Assembly: GCA_046563655.1 (NCBI GenBank)
Contig: JAJCTO010000013.1
Coordinates: 62,001-126,000 of the forward strand
DNA from: Yuukianura sp. NJ FZ-2021
Lineage: Eukaryota
Direction of reading: 5' to 3'
Length of the DNA: 64,000 nucleotides
The notes beneath the pieces are model-generated. The model was not told the DNA's origin and did not search any database. It saw only the letters and a list, made by a program, of their open reading frames with translations. This document shows, piece by piece, positions 15,001 to 26,200 of the stretch. A program made the position numbers and the translations under genes. Position 1 is the first letter of the stretch. Each line of letters starts with the position of its first letter.

Positions 15001-18000
15001 ATAAAAAACTAGTGTCTTAGGCGACACAGGGTTTTGTATTTTCAATCGTTGTTGCACGTGGCTCTTGCTTCCATTGTATACACATACAGCCAAACAATTC
15101 CACTACAGTAAATGCTTGCACACTGTCTCGAATGTGCTGATCACATTCCATCTTGCAGCCCACAGACTAGGGACTATAAGTTGGTTAGTGTGTTCCTGCA
15201 ACCTCATTGTAACCTATGCACGTCTAAGTGTCCCTGTTCACGCAGCGGATTTACCTTTGACCAAATTGCTTATTTTGTGGCTTTATGGCCAACGGACCAC
15301 ACATACATCTATTTCCACTTGCTATTGTCTACATCTGTCGACTTATGATATTAAATTGCTCAGAGCTACGAAGCCAAAAGCACTAGTTATAATTGCACAT
15401 AAAAAACTAGTGTCTTAGGCGACACAGGGTTTTGTATTTTCAATCGTTGTTGCACGTGGCTCTTGCTTCTATTGTATACACATACAGCCAAACAATTCCA
15501 CTACAGTAAATAGTTACACACTGTCTGGAATGTGCTGATCACATTCCATCTTGCAGCCCACAGACTAGGGACTAAGAGTTGGTTAGTGTGTTCCTGTAAC
15601 CTCGTTGTAACCTATGCACGTCTAAGCGTCCCTGTTCACGCAGCGGATTTACCTTTGACCAAATTGCTTATTTTGTGGCTTTATGGCCAACGGTCCACAC
15701 ATACATCTATTTCCACTTGCTATTGTCTACAACTGTCGACTTATGATATTTAATTGAGCAGAGCTACGAAGCCAAAAGGCTTATAAGCACTAGTTATAAT
15801 TGCATATAAAGAACTAGTGTCCTAGGCGACACAGGGTTTTGTATTTTCAATCGTTGTTGCACATGGCTCTCCCTTCTAGTGTATACACATACAGCCAAAC
15901 AATTCCACTACAGTAAATGCTTGCACACTGTCTCGAATGTGCTGATCACATTCCATCTTGCAGCCCACAGACTAGGGACTAAGAGTTGGTTAGTGTGTTC
16001 CTGTAACCTCATTGTAACCTATGCACGTCGAAGTGTCCCTGTTCACGCAGCAAATTTACCTTTGACCAAATTGCTTATTTTGTGGCTTTATGGCCAACGG
16101 TCCACACATACATCTATTTCCACTTGCTATTGTCTACAACTGTCGACTTATGATATTTAATTGAGCAGAGCTACGAAGCCAAAAGGCTTATAAGCACTAG
16201 TTATAATTGCATATAAAGAACTAGTGTCCTAGGCGACACAGGGTTTTGTATTTTCAATCGTTGTTGCACGTGGCTCTTGCTTCTATTGTATACACATACA
16301 GCCAAACAATTCCACTACAGTAAATGCTTGCACACTGTCTCGAATGTGCTGATCACATTCCCTCTTGCAGCCCACAGACATCTATTTCCACTTGCTATGG
16401 TCTACAACTGTCGACTTACGATATTAAATTGAGCAGAGCTACGAAGCCAAAAGGCTCCTAAGCACTAGTTATAATTGCACATAAAAAACTAGTGTCTTAG
16501 GCGACACAGGGTTTTGTATTTTCAATCGTTGTTGCACGTGGCTCTTGCTTCTATTGTATACACATGCAGCCAAACAATTCCACTACAGTAAATGCTTGCA
16601 CACTGTCTCGAATGTGCTGATCACATTCCCTCTTGCAGCCCACAGACATCTATTTCCACTTGCTATGGTCTACAACTGTCGACTTACGATATTAAATTGA
16701 GCAGAGCTACGAAGCCAAAAGGCTCTTAAGCACTAGTTATAATTAATTGCACATAAAAACTAGTGTCTTAGGCGACACATGGTTTTGTATTTTCAATCGT
16801 TGTTGCACGTGGCTCTTGCTTCTATTGAATACACATACAGCCAAACAATTCCACTACAGTAAATGCTTGCACACTGTCTCGAATGTGCTGATCACATTCC
16901 CTCTTGCAGCCCACAGACATCTATTTCCACTTGCTATGGTCTACAACTGTCGACTTATGATATTAAATTGAGCAGAGCTACGAAGCCAAAAGGCTCCTAA
17001 GCACTAGTTATAATTGCATATAAAAAACTAGTGTCTTAGGCGACACAGGGTTTTGTATTTTCAATCGTTGTTGCACATGGCTCTCCCTTCTATTGTATAC
17101 ACATACAGCCAAACAATTCCACTACAGTAAATGCTTGCACACTGTCTCGAATGTGCTGATCACATTCCCTCTTGCAGCCCACAGACATCTATTTCCACTT
17201 GCTATTGTCTACAACTGTCGACTTATGATATTTAATTGAGCAGAGCTACGAAGCCAAAAGGCTCCTAAGCACTAGTTATAATTGCATATAAAAAACTAGT
17301 GTCTTAGGCGACACAAGGTTTTGTATTTTCAATCGTTGTTGCACATGGCTCTCCCTTCTAGTCTATACACATACAGCCAAACAATTCCACTACAGTAAAT
17401 GCTTGCACACTGTCTCGAATGTGCTGATCACATTCCCTCTTGCAGCCCACAGACATCTATTTCCACTTGCTATTGTCTACAACTGTCGACTTATGATATT
17501 TAATTGAGCAGAGCTACGAAGCCAAAAGGCTCCTAAGCACTAGTTATAATTGCATATAAAAAACTAGTGTCTTAGGCGACACAGGGTTTTGTATTTTCAA
17601 TCGTTGTTGCACATGGCTCTCCCTTCTAGTCTATACACATACAGCCAAACAATTCCACTACAGTAAATGCTTGCACACTGTCTCGAATGTGCTGATCACA
17701 TTCCATCTTGCAGCCCACAGACTAGGGACTAAGAGTTGGTTAGTGTGTTCCTGTAACCTCGTTGTAACCTATGCACGTCTAAGTGTCCCTGTTCACGCAG
17801 CGGATTTACCTTTGACCAAATTGCTTATTTTGTGGCTTTATGGCCAACGGACCACACATACATCTATTTCCACTTGCTATTGTCTACATCTGTCGACTTA
17901 TGATATTAAATTGAGCAGAGCTACGAAGCCAAAAGGCTCCTAAGCACTAGTTATAATTGCACATAAAAAACTAGTGTTTTAGGCGACACAGGGTTTTGTA

Positions 18001-18636
18001 TTTTCAATCGTTGTTGCACGTGGCTCTTGCTTCTATTGTATACACATACAGCCAAACAATTCCACTACAGTAAATGCTTGCACACTGTCTCGAATGTGCT
18101 GATCACATTCCCTCTTGCAGCCCACAGACATCTATTTCCACTTGCTTTTGTCTACAACTGTCGACTTATGATATTTAATTGAGCAGAGCTACGAAGCCAA
18201 AAGGCTCCTAAGCACTAGTTATAATTGCATATAAAAAACTAGTGTCTTAGGCGACACAGGGTTTTGTATGTTCAATCGTTGTTGCACATGTCTCTCCCTT
18301 CTAGTGTATACACATACAGCCAAACAATTCCACTACAGTAAATGCTTGCACACTGTCTCGAATGTGCAGATCACATTCCCTCTTGCAGCCCACAGACTAG
18401 GGGTGCACATAAAAAACTAGTGTCTTAGGCGGCAAAGGGTTTTGTATTTTCAATCGTTGCTGTACAGGGCTCTTGCTTCTATTGTATACACATACAGCCA
18501 AACAATTCCACTACAGTAAATAGTTGCACACTGTCTGGAATGTGCTAATCACATTCCATCTTGCAGCCCACAGACTAGGGACTAAGAGTTGGTTAGTGTG
18601 TTCCTGTAAACTCATTGTAACCTATGCACGTCTAAG
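1..18636. repeat. Satellite A tandem array, left part: 407-bp monomer with 268-, 398- and 178-bp deletion variants
   Basis: Near-identical sequence recurs every 407 bp (ORF starts 192, 599, 1413, 1820). Steps of 675 bp equal 407+268. The array runs off the left edge of the window. Confidence 0.98.
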
Positions 18637-18830
18637 TGTAATGTTCTGCTAGAACATTTGAATGATAGACTTTACTCGTCTAATTACAAAACCAGAGTGA
18701 CTAATTTATTTCCGAATTAAGAGAACTCAATTGACATTGTAGAAGTGTCAAGGGTGTGAAGATGCTTAGATTGCATTTCACACGACAGTAAGAAAGGAAC
18801 AGAAAAAGATGCATGAATGCATATATTACA
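18637..18830 (-). repeat. 3' LTR (194 bp)
   Basis: Identical by eye to 23082-23275. TG...CA termini with a 6-bp terminal inverted repeat. AATAAA on the minus strand at 18705-18710. Confidence 0.97.
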
Positions 18831-18844
18831 CTATCTTCCCCTTT
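18831..18844 (-). other. Polypurine tract
   Basis: Minus strand AAAGGGGAAGATAG directly abuts the 3' LTR. Confidence 0.85.
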
Positions 18845-18874
18845 GGTTTGGACTGCAATCAAAGGAAAAGAAAA

Positions 18875-20755
18875 CTACATGGTACTGTTCATTTGACGTG
18901 TCATGCTCCGGGTTTGGGGGCGGTGTGCCACTTTTGGAGGAGGGGGTGCCGCTCGCTGTGGACTGAGTGGAACTGGCGGTTGTACGCTCGGCAGGGTTGC
19001 TGGCGGTGTCACTTGCGGGGAAAGGATCGGCATCGGGCGGATCGGCGATCCGGTGGGGGTCTGAAACGGTGAAGCCGTAGGGCTTCCTGGTATGGATCGG
19101 GGAGGACTGGCAACATCTTGGCGCGGCGAAACAAGTGGTGTGACAGTCACCTCACTTCGTCCGGTATCCTGTGTCGTAGGAGGCGCATCAAGGATTTGAT
19201 CCATGTGACGTTTGTGCAGCTTCCCTCCCACATCGATGTTGAATGTAACTGGACCGAGCTGGGTACGAATGATTCCCGGAGACCATTTCGGTTCGTTTTT
19301 GGAAAAGGTTCGGACCCAAACCTTTTGATCAATACCGAATTGCCGATCTCTGGCGTGTGGGTCAAAACACTCCTTTTGGTGAGCTTGAGCGCGGGACGCA
19401 GTCAGAGCGGAATCCGGATGCAGCAGGTGCAGTGTGTTTCGGAGCGGTCGGTTTTGAAGGAGTTCGCAAGGAGCTGCGCCCGTTGTAGGGTGCGGTGTGA
19501 TACGGTACCGGAACAAGAACCTTTGCAATGGTGTGGTTAAATCCCCATTGAAACCAGATAAGGAGGATTTAAATGTTTGAATAAATCGCTCCGCCTCGCC
19601 GTTGGAGCGGGGGTGATATACGGTACTCGTGGAGTGCCTAATACCATTTTGACGACAAAAGGACTTAAATTCGTAGGAAGTAAACTGCGGACCGTTGTCG
19701 GAGACTATTTGATCCGGAAGTCCGAATCGACCGATGCATTCCAGAATTCGGGAAATGACCGATCCCGAAGTAGAGTTGTTTCCGAGGGAAAAAATTTCCG
19801 GCCATTTGGAGTGGGCATCAACTATGACGAGCCACATCTTGTTTTTGAACGGACCGGCGAGGTCAATGTGCAGACGCTGCCACGGCCTTTCAGGGAATTC
19901 CCATGGGTGTAGCGGCGCGGACGGCGGATTCGGACGGCGCTGGATGCAGAAGTTGCATGACCGACAAGCGTCTTCGATGTCCGAATCAATCCCAGGCCAC
20001 CAGACATGTTGGCGGGCTATGGATTTCATGCGCACTATTCCAGCATGAGTCTCGTGGAGGGTCGCCATAATCCGGGAGCGTAGCGAGCTGGGTATGACGA
20101 TCCGACGACCCCAGAGAATCACGTCTTGAACTAGGGTTAACTCAGCACGACGACTGTAGAACGGAAACAGTGGATCGGTTTTGGATGGTGGGGTCGGGGA
20201 CCAACCATCAATAATTTTGCGAAGGACGGCTGCAAGGATGGGATCCTTCCCCGTCGCAGTTCGGACTGTTTTGCTATCCACCGGTAAATGTTCCATGGTT
20301 TGGGCACTGATGAGATTCACCTCAGCTTCGGTGGTCGGATCGAGCTCGGTCGGATCGGTCGACGGGTGCCGGGAAAATGCATCGGCGTTGCCGTGATCGG
20401 TGGTGCGGCGATAGTCCATGGTGAAAGTGAACTGACTTAAAAACAAAGTCCACTTCTGAATTCGAGTTGCAGTGAAACTCGGAACGGGCGATCCGGGTCC
20501 AAGGATCGAAAGTAGGGGCTGGTGATCGGTTATAACTTGAAACGAACGACCACACAAAAACTGATGAAACTTTTTGACACCAAACACAATCGCCAGGGCT
20601 TCACGTTCTATTTGTGCGTAGCGACGTTCCGTCGGAGAAAGCAGCTTAGACGCGAATGCGATCGGGCGTTCCGTGTTGTCTGGGAAACGGTGAAAGAGTA
20701 CAACTCCTAGTCCGATAGGTGAAGCGTCACAGCTTATGCCTATGGGGAGTGAGGG
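18875..20755 (-). pseudogene. pol: pol 3' segment: RNase H + integrase + Pro-rich tail (out of frame with the upstream RT)
   Basis: Frame upstream of the called ORF reads PSLPIGISCDASPIGLGVVL...ERRYAQIEREALAIVFGVKKF...TDHQPL (RNase H). Integrase has HHCC (HETH...CNFC) and DDE (LHIDLAGP, VSDNGPQF, SNGEAER). Confidence 0.93.
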
Positions 20756-22755
20756 GTGTGATGGGCAAGCACTGGTGACTTGGACAGGGCCACTTTCACT
20801 TGGGAGAAAGCACGGTCACAGGCTTGATCCCATTTGAACACGACATCCTTCTGAGTCAATCGGTACAAGGGAGCACTAATGTGTGAAAGTCCGGGGACAA
20901 AACGTCCGTAGAAATTCACAAGTCCCATAAACGAACGCACTTCCGTCACTGAAGTGGGACGTTGAATAGAATTGAGGGCTTTCACCTTCTCTGGGGAAGT
21001 GGAAACACCGTTCTGGTTAAGCACAAAGCCCATAAAATCAAGTGATTTTTGAAGAAACTGACACTTTGACATGGCAAGTTTGTAGTTTGCCTTGCGCATG
21101 CGCAGAAAAATTTGTTCAAGATTCTTGATGTGGTCACTGTCAGTGGCACCACTGGTCAACGAATCGTCCATAAAAGAGCCTGTCATCGGTATTCCCTTCA
21201 AAAGTTCGTCCATAAACTCTTGAAATATGGCGGGCGATGATGCAATTCCTTGCGGCAACACATTATACTGATACAAACCTTTATGTGTGTTAATCACCAA
21301 AAACTTTCTGCTGGACTCATCCAACTGAAGCTGGTGAAAGGCGTCTGGACCGTCGAGACGCGAAAACGTCGAACCACCCGAAATCAAGGTCAAAAGGTCG
21401 TCGACCCTTTGCAGCGGGTACTGGTTGACATGGAGTTGGGAGTTCACTGTATGTTTAAAATCACCTGTGATGCGCACTCTCCCATTGGCCTTTGGAACTA
21501 CCACGAGTGGAGACGCCCACTCTGAATGGTCAATGCGAGAAATAACACCAGATTTCTCCATTCTGTCAAGTTCCGTGTCCACTTTTGCTCGTAGGGCAAA
21601 AGGGATTGGTCTGGCCTTGAGGAATCGCGGGGTAGCATCTTCCTTCAGCGTGACCTTGGCTTTAAAATTTTGAATTGTTCCACTTGGGGGTAAGAAAATG
21701 TCAGAGAACTCTGCAAGGAGAGACTTGAGTGTGGGCACTGGGGACACACTATTACACTTGGGTGAAAGTGAAAGGTTCAATTTAAACAACCGGATCAGAT
21801 CTCTGCCGAAGAGTGATCGTCCTTTCACTACACAGAATGTATAATTCTTGGTTTGTCCATTGAAAGTCAGTTTAACGTCCAAATCCCCTCGGGGTTTGAA
21901 AGTGTGATCTGTGAACGACCGAAACACTTGGGTTGACTTTCGCAACGGTGGAGAACCTAAACTTTCACTCCAAAAACTTTCACTGAGGAGACTCCGGCGA
22001 CAGCCACTGTCAAATTCCATTTCATGGAGAAAGTCATTGATTTTGACTTTTGCAATGTATTCAGCATCAACAGAATTTCCTTGGGAAATTGTGAATACAT
22101 TTGAGACGTTGTAGTCCACTTCAACTACATTTCGTGTCTCGTTAGTCGCTTTTGGTAAACTGCGACAGTACTTTTTAAAATGGCCCTTCTTACCACACCC
22201 ATGGCACACAACGTCTTTGTGGGGGCAGTCCTTGGCCTTGAAATGTTCAGTTGACCCGCAGTTAGGACAACTGCTGTTGGATTGGTTCTTCTTGGGCGGG
22301 GCACTCTTCCCACCGCGTTTTGAATTGTGTTGTCCGCCACCTCGGCCACGACCGGAAGGTGGACGCGGACCTGACCCACGACCGCGAGTAGAGGTGTAGT
22401 TGACCTCTGACTTGGTTTCTCGTATGGTTGAAGTGCCGGCTTCAGCTGCTTCTTGGGCTGTGGCTACTTGCAAAGCATCCGACAGGGTGAGGTTGTCGTC
22501 ACGAATCAAGATTCGTTTCTGAGCAGCTTCGTTGATGAGGCCAAAAATGAATTGATCGCGGAGACGATCCTCTAGAGCAGTGTCAAATTTACATGTTACT
22601 GCTAACTTACGTAATTCGGCTAAGAACATGGAAGCCGTTTCCCCATTCCGTTGTTTCCTCGAAGCAAATTTGAATCTTTCCGACAAAGCCTTAGGAGGAG
22701 GTTTGAAATGGACACGAAGGGTCTCGACGAGAATCGAGAGATCCACTTCGGTGGG
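20740..22755 (-). pseudogene. gag-pol: gag C-terminal part (two CCHC knuckles) + aspartic protease + reverse transcriptase
   Basis: ERFKF...LRDQFIFGL (Mag-type Gag), CPNCGSTEHFKAKDC and CHGCGKKGHFKKYC knuckles, protease FDSG and LFGRD, RT motifs WASPLVVVPK, LPQGIASSP and FMDD. Ends at a premature TAG caused by a frameshift. Confidence 0.93.
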
Positions 22756-23039
22756 TTTTTTTTAGGGGACACTAAACTTGACAGTAGAGAGAAAGTGGGG
22801 AGTCCAACTGACGAAAGTAGAACACCCTTGGCACGGGCCTTGTGGCTGTCCTTCGTGGGGTCAATGCCGTTGGCACACAAAAAGGATTCGAAAATCATTA
22901 TCCAGTCCTCAAAATCGTCCGTGGTTGCACAGAACGGAGGAAGGACACCAACAGTTGCGGAGGTCATGGTGATGGTACGTTCGCGTACAGCGTAATCTGA
23001 AGGCTTTTCCTCTTTGGGTTGTTTTGGCACAGGCAACAT
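22756..23039 (-). pseudogene. gag: gag N-terminal segment (frameshifted at an A8 run)
   Basis: VGVLPPF...FEDWIMIFESFLCANGI...LLSSVG...LSSLVSPKK resembles a Mag-type Gag N-terminus. It joins PTEVDLSILVETLRVHF in another frame. Confidence 0.85.
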
Positions 23040-23070
23040 GTAATGGGGAATACTTTAACTGGAAAGCACT

Positions 23071-23080
23071 CTCGTCGCCA
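23071..23080 (-). other. Primer-binding site TGGCGACGAG (tRNA-Ser type)
   Basis: Starts 1 nt inside the 5' LTR end with TGG. Complementary to a tRNA 3' end CUCGUCGCCA, as recalled for metazoan tRNA-Ser(GCU). Confidence 0.8.
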
Positions 23081-23081
23081 A

Positions 23082-23275
23082 TGTAATGTTCTGCTAGAAC
23101 ATTTGAATGATAGACTTTACTCGTCTAATTACAAAACCAGAGTGACTAATTTATTTCCGAATTAAGAGAACTCAATTGACATTGTAGAAGTGTCAAGGGT
23201 GTGAAGATGCTTAGATTGCATTTCACACGACAGTAAGAAAGGAACAGAAAAAGATGCATGAATGCATATATTACA
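23082..23275 (-). repeat. 5' LTR (194 bp)
   Basis: Identical to 18637-18830, adjacent to the PBS and flanked by the TSD CTAAG. Confidence 0.97.
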
Positions 23276-26200
23276 CTAAGTGTCCCTGTTCACGCAGCAA
23301 ATTTACCTTTGACCAAATTGCTTACTTCGTGGCTTTATGACCAACGGTCCACACATACATCTATTTCCACTTGCTATTGTCTACATCTGTCGACTTATGA
23401 TATTAAATTGAGCAGAGCTACGAAGCCAAAAGGCTCCTAAGCACTAGTTTTAATTGCACATAAAAAACTAGTGTGTTAGGCGACACAGGGTTTTGTATTT
23501 TCAATCGTTGTTGCACGTGGCTCTCCCTTCTATTGTATACACATACAGCCAAACAATTCCACTACAGTAAATGCTTGCACACTGTCTCGAATGTGCTGAT
23601 CACATTCCCTCTTGCAGCCCACAGACTAGGGGTGCACATAAAAAACTAGTGTCTTAGGCGGCAAAGGGTTTTGTATTTTCAATCGTTGCTGTACAGGGCT
23701 CTTGCTTCTATTGTATACACATACAGCCAAACAATTCCACTACAGTAAATAGTTGCACACTGTCTGGAATGTGCTAATCACATTCCATCTTGCAGCCCAC
23801 AGACTAGGGACTAAGAGTTGGTTAGTGTGTTCCTGTAAACTCATTGTAACCTATGCACGTCTAAGTGTCCCTGTTCACGCAGCAAATTTACCTTTGACCA
23901 AATTGCTTACTTTGTGGCTTTATGGCCAACGGTCCACACATACATCTATTTCCACTTGCTATTGTCTACAACTGTCGACATGATATTTAATTGAGCAGAG
24001 CTACGAAGCCAAAAGGCTCCTAAGCACTAGTTATAATTGCATATAACAAACTAGTGTCTTAGGCGACACAGGGTTTTGTATTTTCAATCGTTGTTGCACA
24101 TGGCTCTCCCTTCTAGTGTATACACATACAGCCAAACAATTCCACTACAGTAAATGCTTGCACACTGTCTCGAATGTGCTGATCACATTCCATCTTGCAG
24201 CCCACAGACTAGGGACTAAGAGTTGGTTAGTGTGTTCCTGTAACCTCATTGTAACCTTTGCACGTCTAAGTGTCCCTGTTCACGCAGCAAATTTACCTTT
24301 GACCAAATTGCTTATTTTGTGGCTTTATGGCCAACGGTCCACACATACATCTATTTCCACTTGCTATTGTCTACAACTGTCGACATATGATATTTAATTG
24401 AGCAGAGCTACGAAGCCAAAAGGCTCCTAAGCACTAGTTATAATTGCATATAAAAAACTAGTGTCTTAGGCGACACAGGGTTTTGAATTTTCAATCGTTG
24501 TTGCACATGGCTCTCCCTTCTAGTGTATACACATACAGCCAAACAATTCCACTACAGTAAATGCTTGCACACTGTCTCGAATGTGCTGATCACATTCCCT
24601 CTTGCAGCCCACAGACATCTATTTCCACTTGCTATTGTCTACAACTGTCGACTTATGATATTTAATTGAGCAGAGCTACGAAGCCAAAAGGCTCCTAAGC
24701 ACTAGTTATAATTGCATATAAAAAACTAGTGTCTTAGGCGACACAGGGTTTTGTATTTTCAATCGTTGTTGCACATGTCTCTCCCTTCTAGTGTATACAC
24801 ATACAGCCAAACAATTCCACTACAGTAAATGCTTGCACACTGTCTCGAATGTGCAGATCACATTCCCTCTTGCAGCCCACAGACTAGGGGTGCACATAAA
24901 AAACTAGTGTCTTAGGCGGCAAAGGGTTTTGTATTTTCAATCGTTGCTGGACAGGGCTCTTGCTTCTATTGTATACACATACAGCCAAACAATTCCACTA
25001 CAGTAAATAGTTGCACACTGTCTGGAATGTGCTAATCACATTCCATCTTGCAGCCCACAGACTAGGGACTAAGAGTTGGTTAGTGTGTTCCTGTAAACTC
25101 ATTGTAACCTATGCACGTCTAAGTGTCCCTGTTCACGCAGCAAATTTACCTTTGACCAAATTGCTTACTTCGTGGCTTTATGACCAACGGTCCACACATA
25201 CATCTATTTCCACTTGCTATTGTCTACATCTGTCGACTTATGATATTAAATTGAGCAGAGCTACGAAGCCAGAAGGCTCCTAAGCACTAGTTTTAATTGC
25301 ACATAAAAAACTAGTGTCAGGCGACACAGGGTTTTGTATTTTCAATCGTTGTTGCACGTGGCTCTCCCTTCTATTGTATACACATACAGCCAAACAATTC
25401 CACTACAGTAAATGCTTGCACACTGTCTCGAATGTGCTGATCACATTCCCTCTTGCAGCCCACAGACTAGGGGTGCACATAAAAAACTAGTGTCTTAGGC
25501 GGCAAAGGGTTTTGTATTTTCAATCGTTGCTGTACAGGGCTCTTGCTTCTATTGTATACACATACAGCCAAACAATTCCACTACAGTAAATAGTTGCACA
25601 CTGTCTCGAATGTGCTGATCACATTCCATCTTGCAGCCCACAGACTAGGGACTAAGAGTTGGTTAGTGTGTTCCTGTAACCTCGTTGTAACCTATGCACG
25701 TCTAAGTGTCCCTGTTCACGCAGCGGATTTACCTTTGACCAAATTGCTTATTTTGTGGCTTTATGGCCAACGGACCACACATACATCTATTTCCACTTGC
25801 TATTGTCTACATCTGTCGACTTATGATATTAAATTGAGCAGAGCTACGAAGCCAAAAGGCTCCTAAGCACTAGTTATAATTGCACATAAAAAACTAGTGT
25901 TTTAGGCGACACAGGGTTTTGTATTTTCAATCGTTGTTGCACGTGGCTCTTGCTTCTATTGTATACACATACAGCCAAACAATTCCACTACAGTAAATGC
26001 TTGCACACTGTCTCGAATGTGCTGATCACATTCCCTCTTGCAGCCCACAGACATCTATTTCCACTTGCTATTGTCTACAACTGTCGACTTATGATATTTA
26101 ATTGAGCAGAGCTACGAAGCCAAAAGGCTCCTAAGCACTAGTTATAATTGCATATAAAAAACTAGTGTCTTAGGCGACACAGGGTTTTGTATTTTCAATC

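Larger units (their letters stand above)
18637..23275 (-). mobile_element. Full-length Ty3/Gypsy LTR retrotransposon, probably Mag clade, 4639 bp
   Basis: Two 194-bp LTRs (TGTAAT...ATTACA), 5-bp TSD CTAAG at 18632-18636 and 23276-23280, PBS and PPT. Domain order is gag-PR-RT-RH-IN. Short LTRs, two CCHC knuckles, a 5-bp TSD and a TGGCGACGAG PBS are typical of Mag-group elements. Confidence 0.97.

Noticed and set aside
18809..22995. Plus-strand and alternate-frame ORFs within the retrotransposon
   Set aside because: Antisense or out-of-frame shadows of the gag-pol coding sequence with no motifs.
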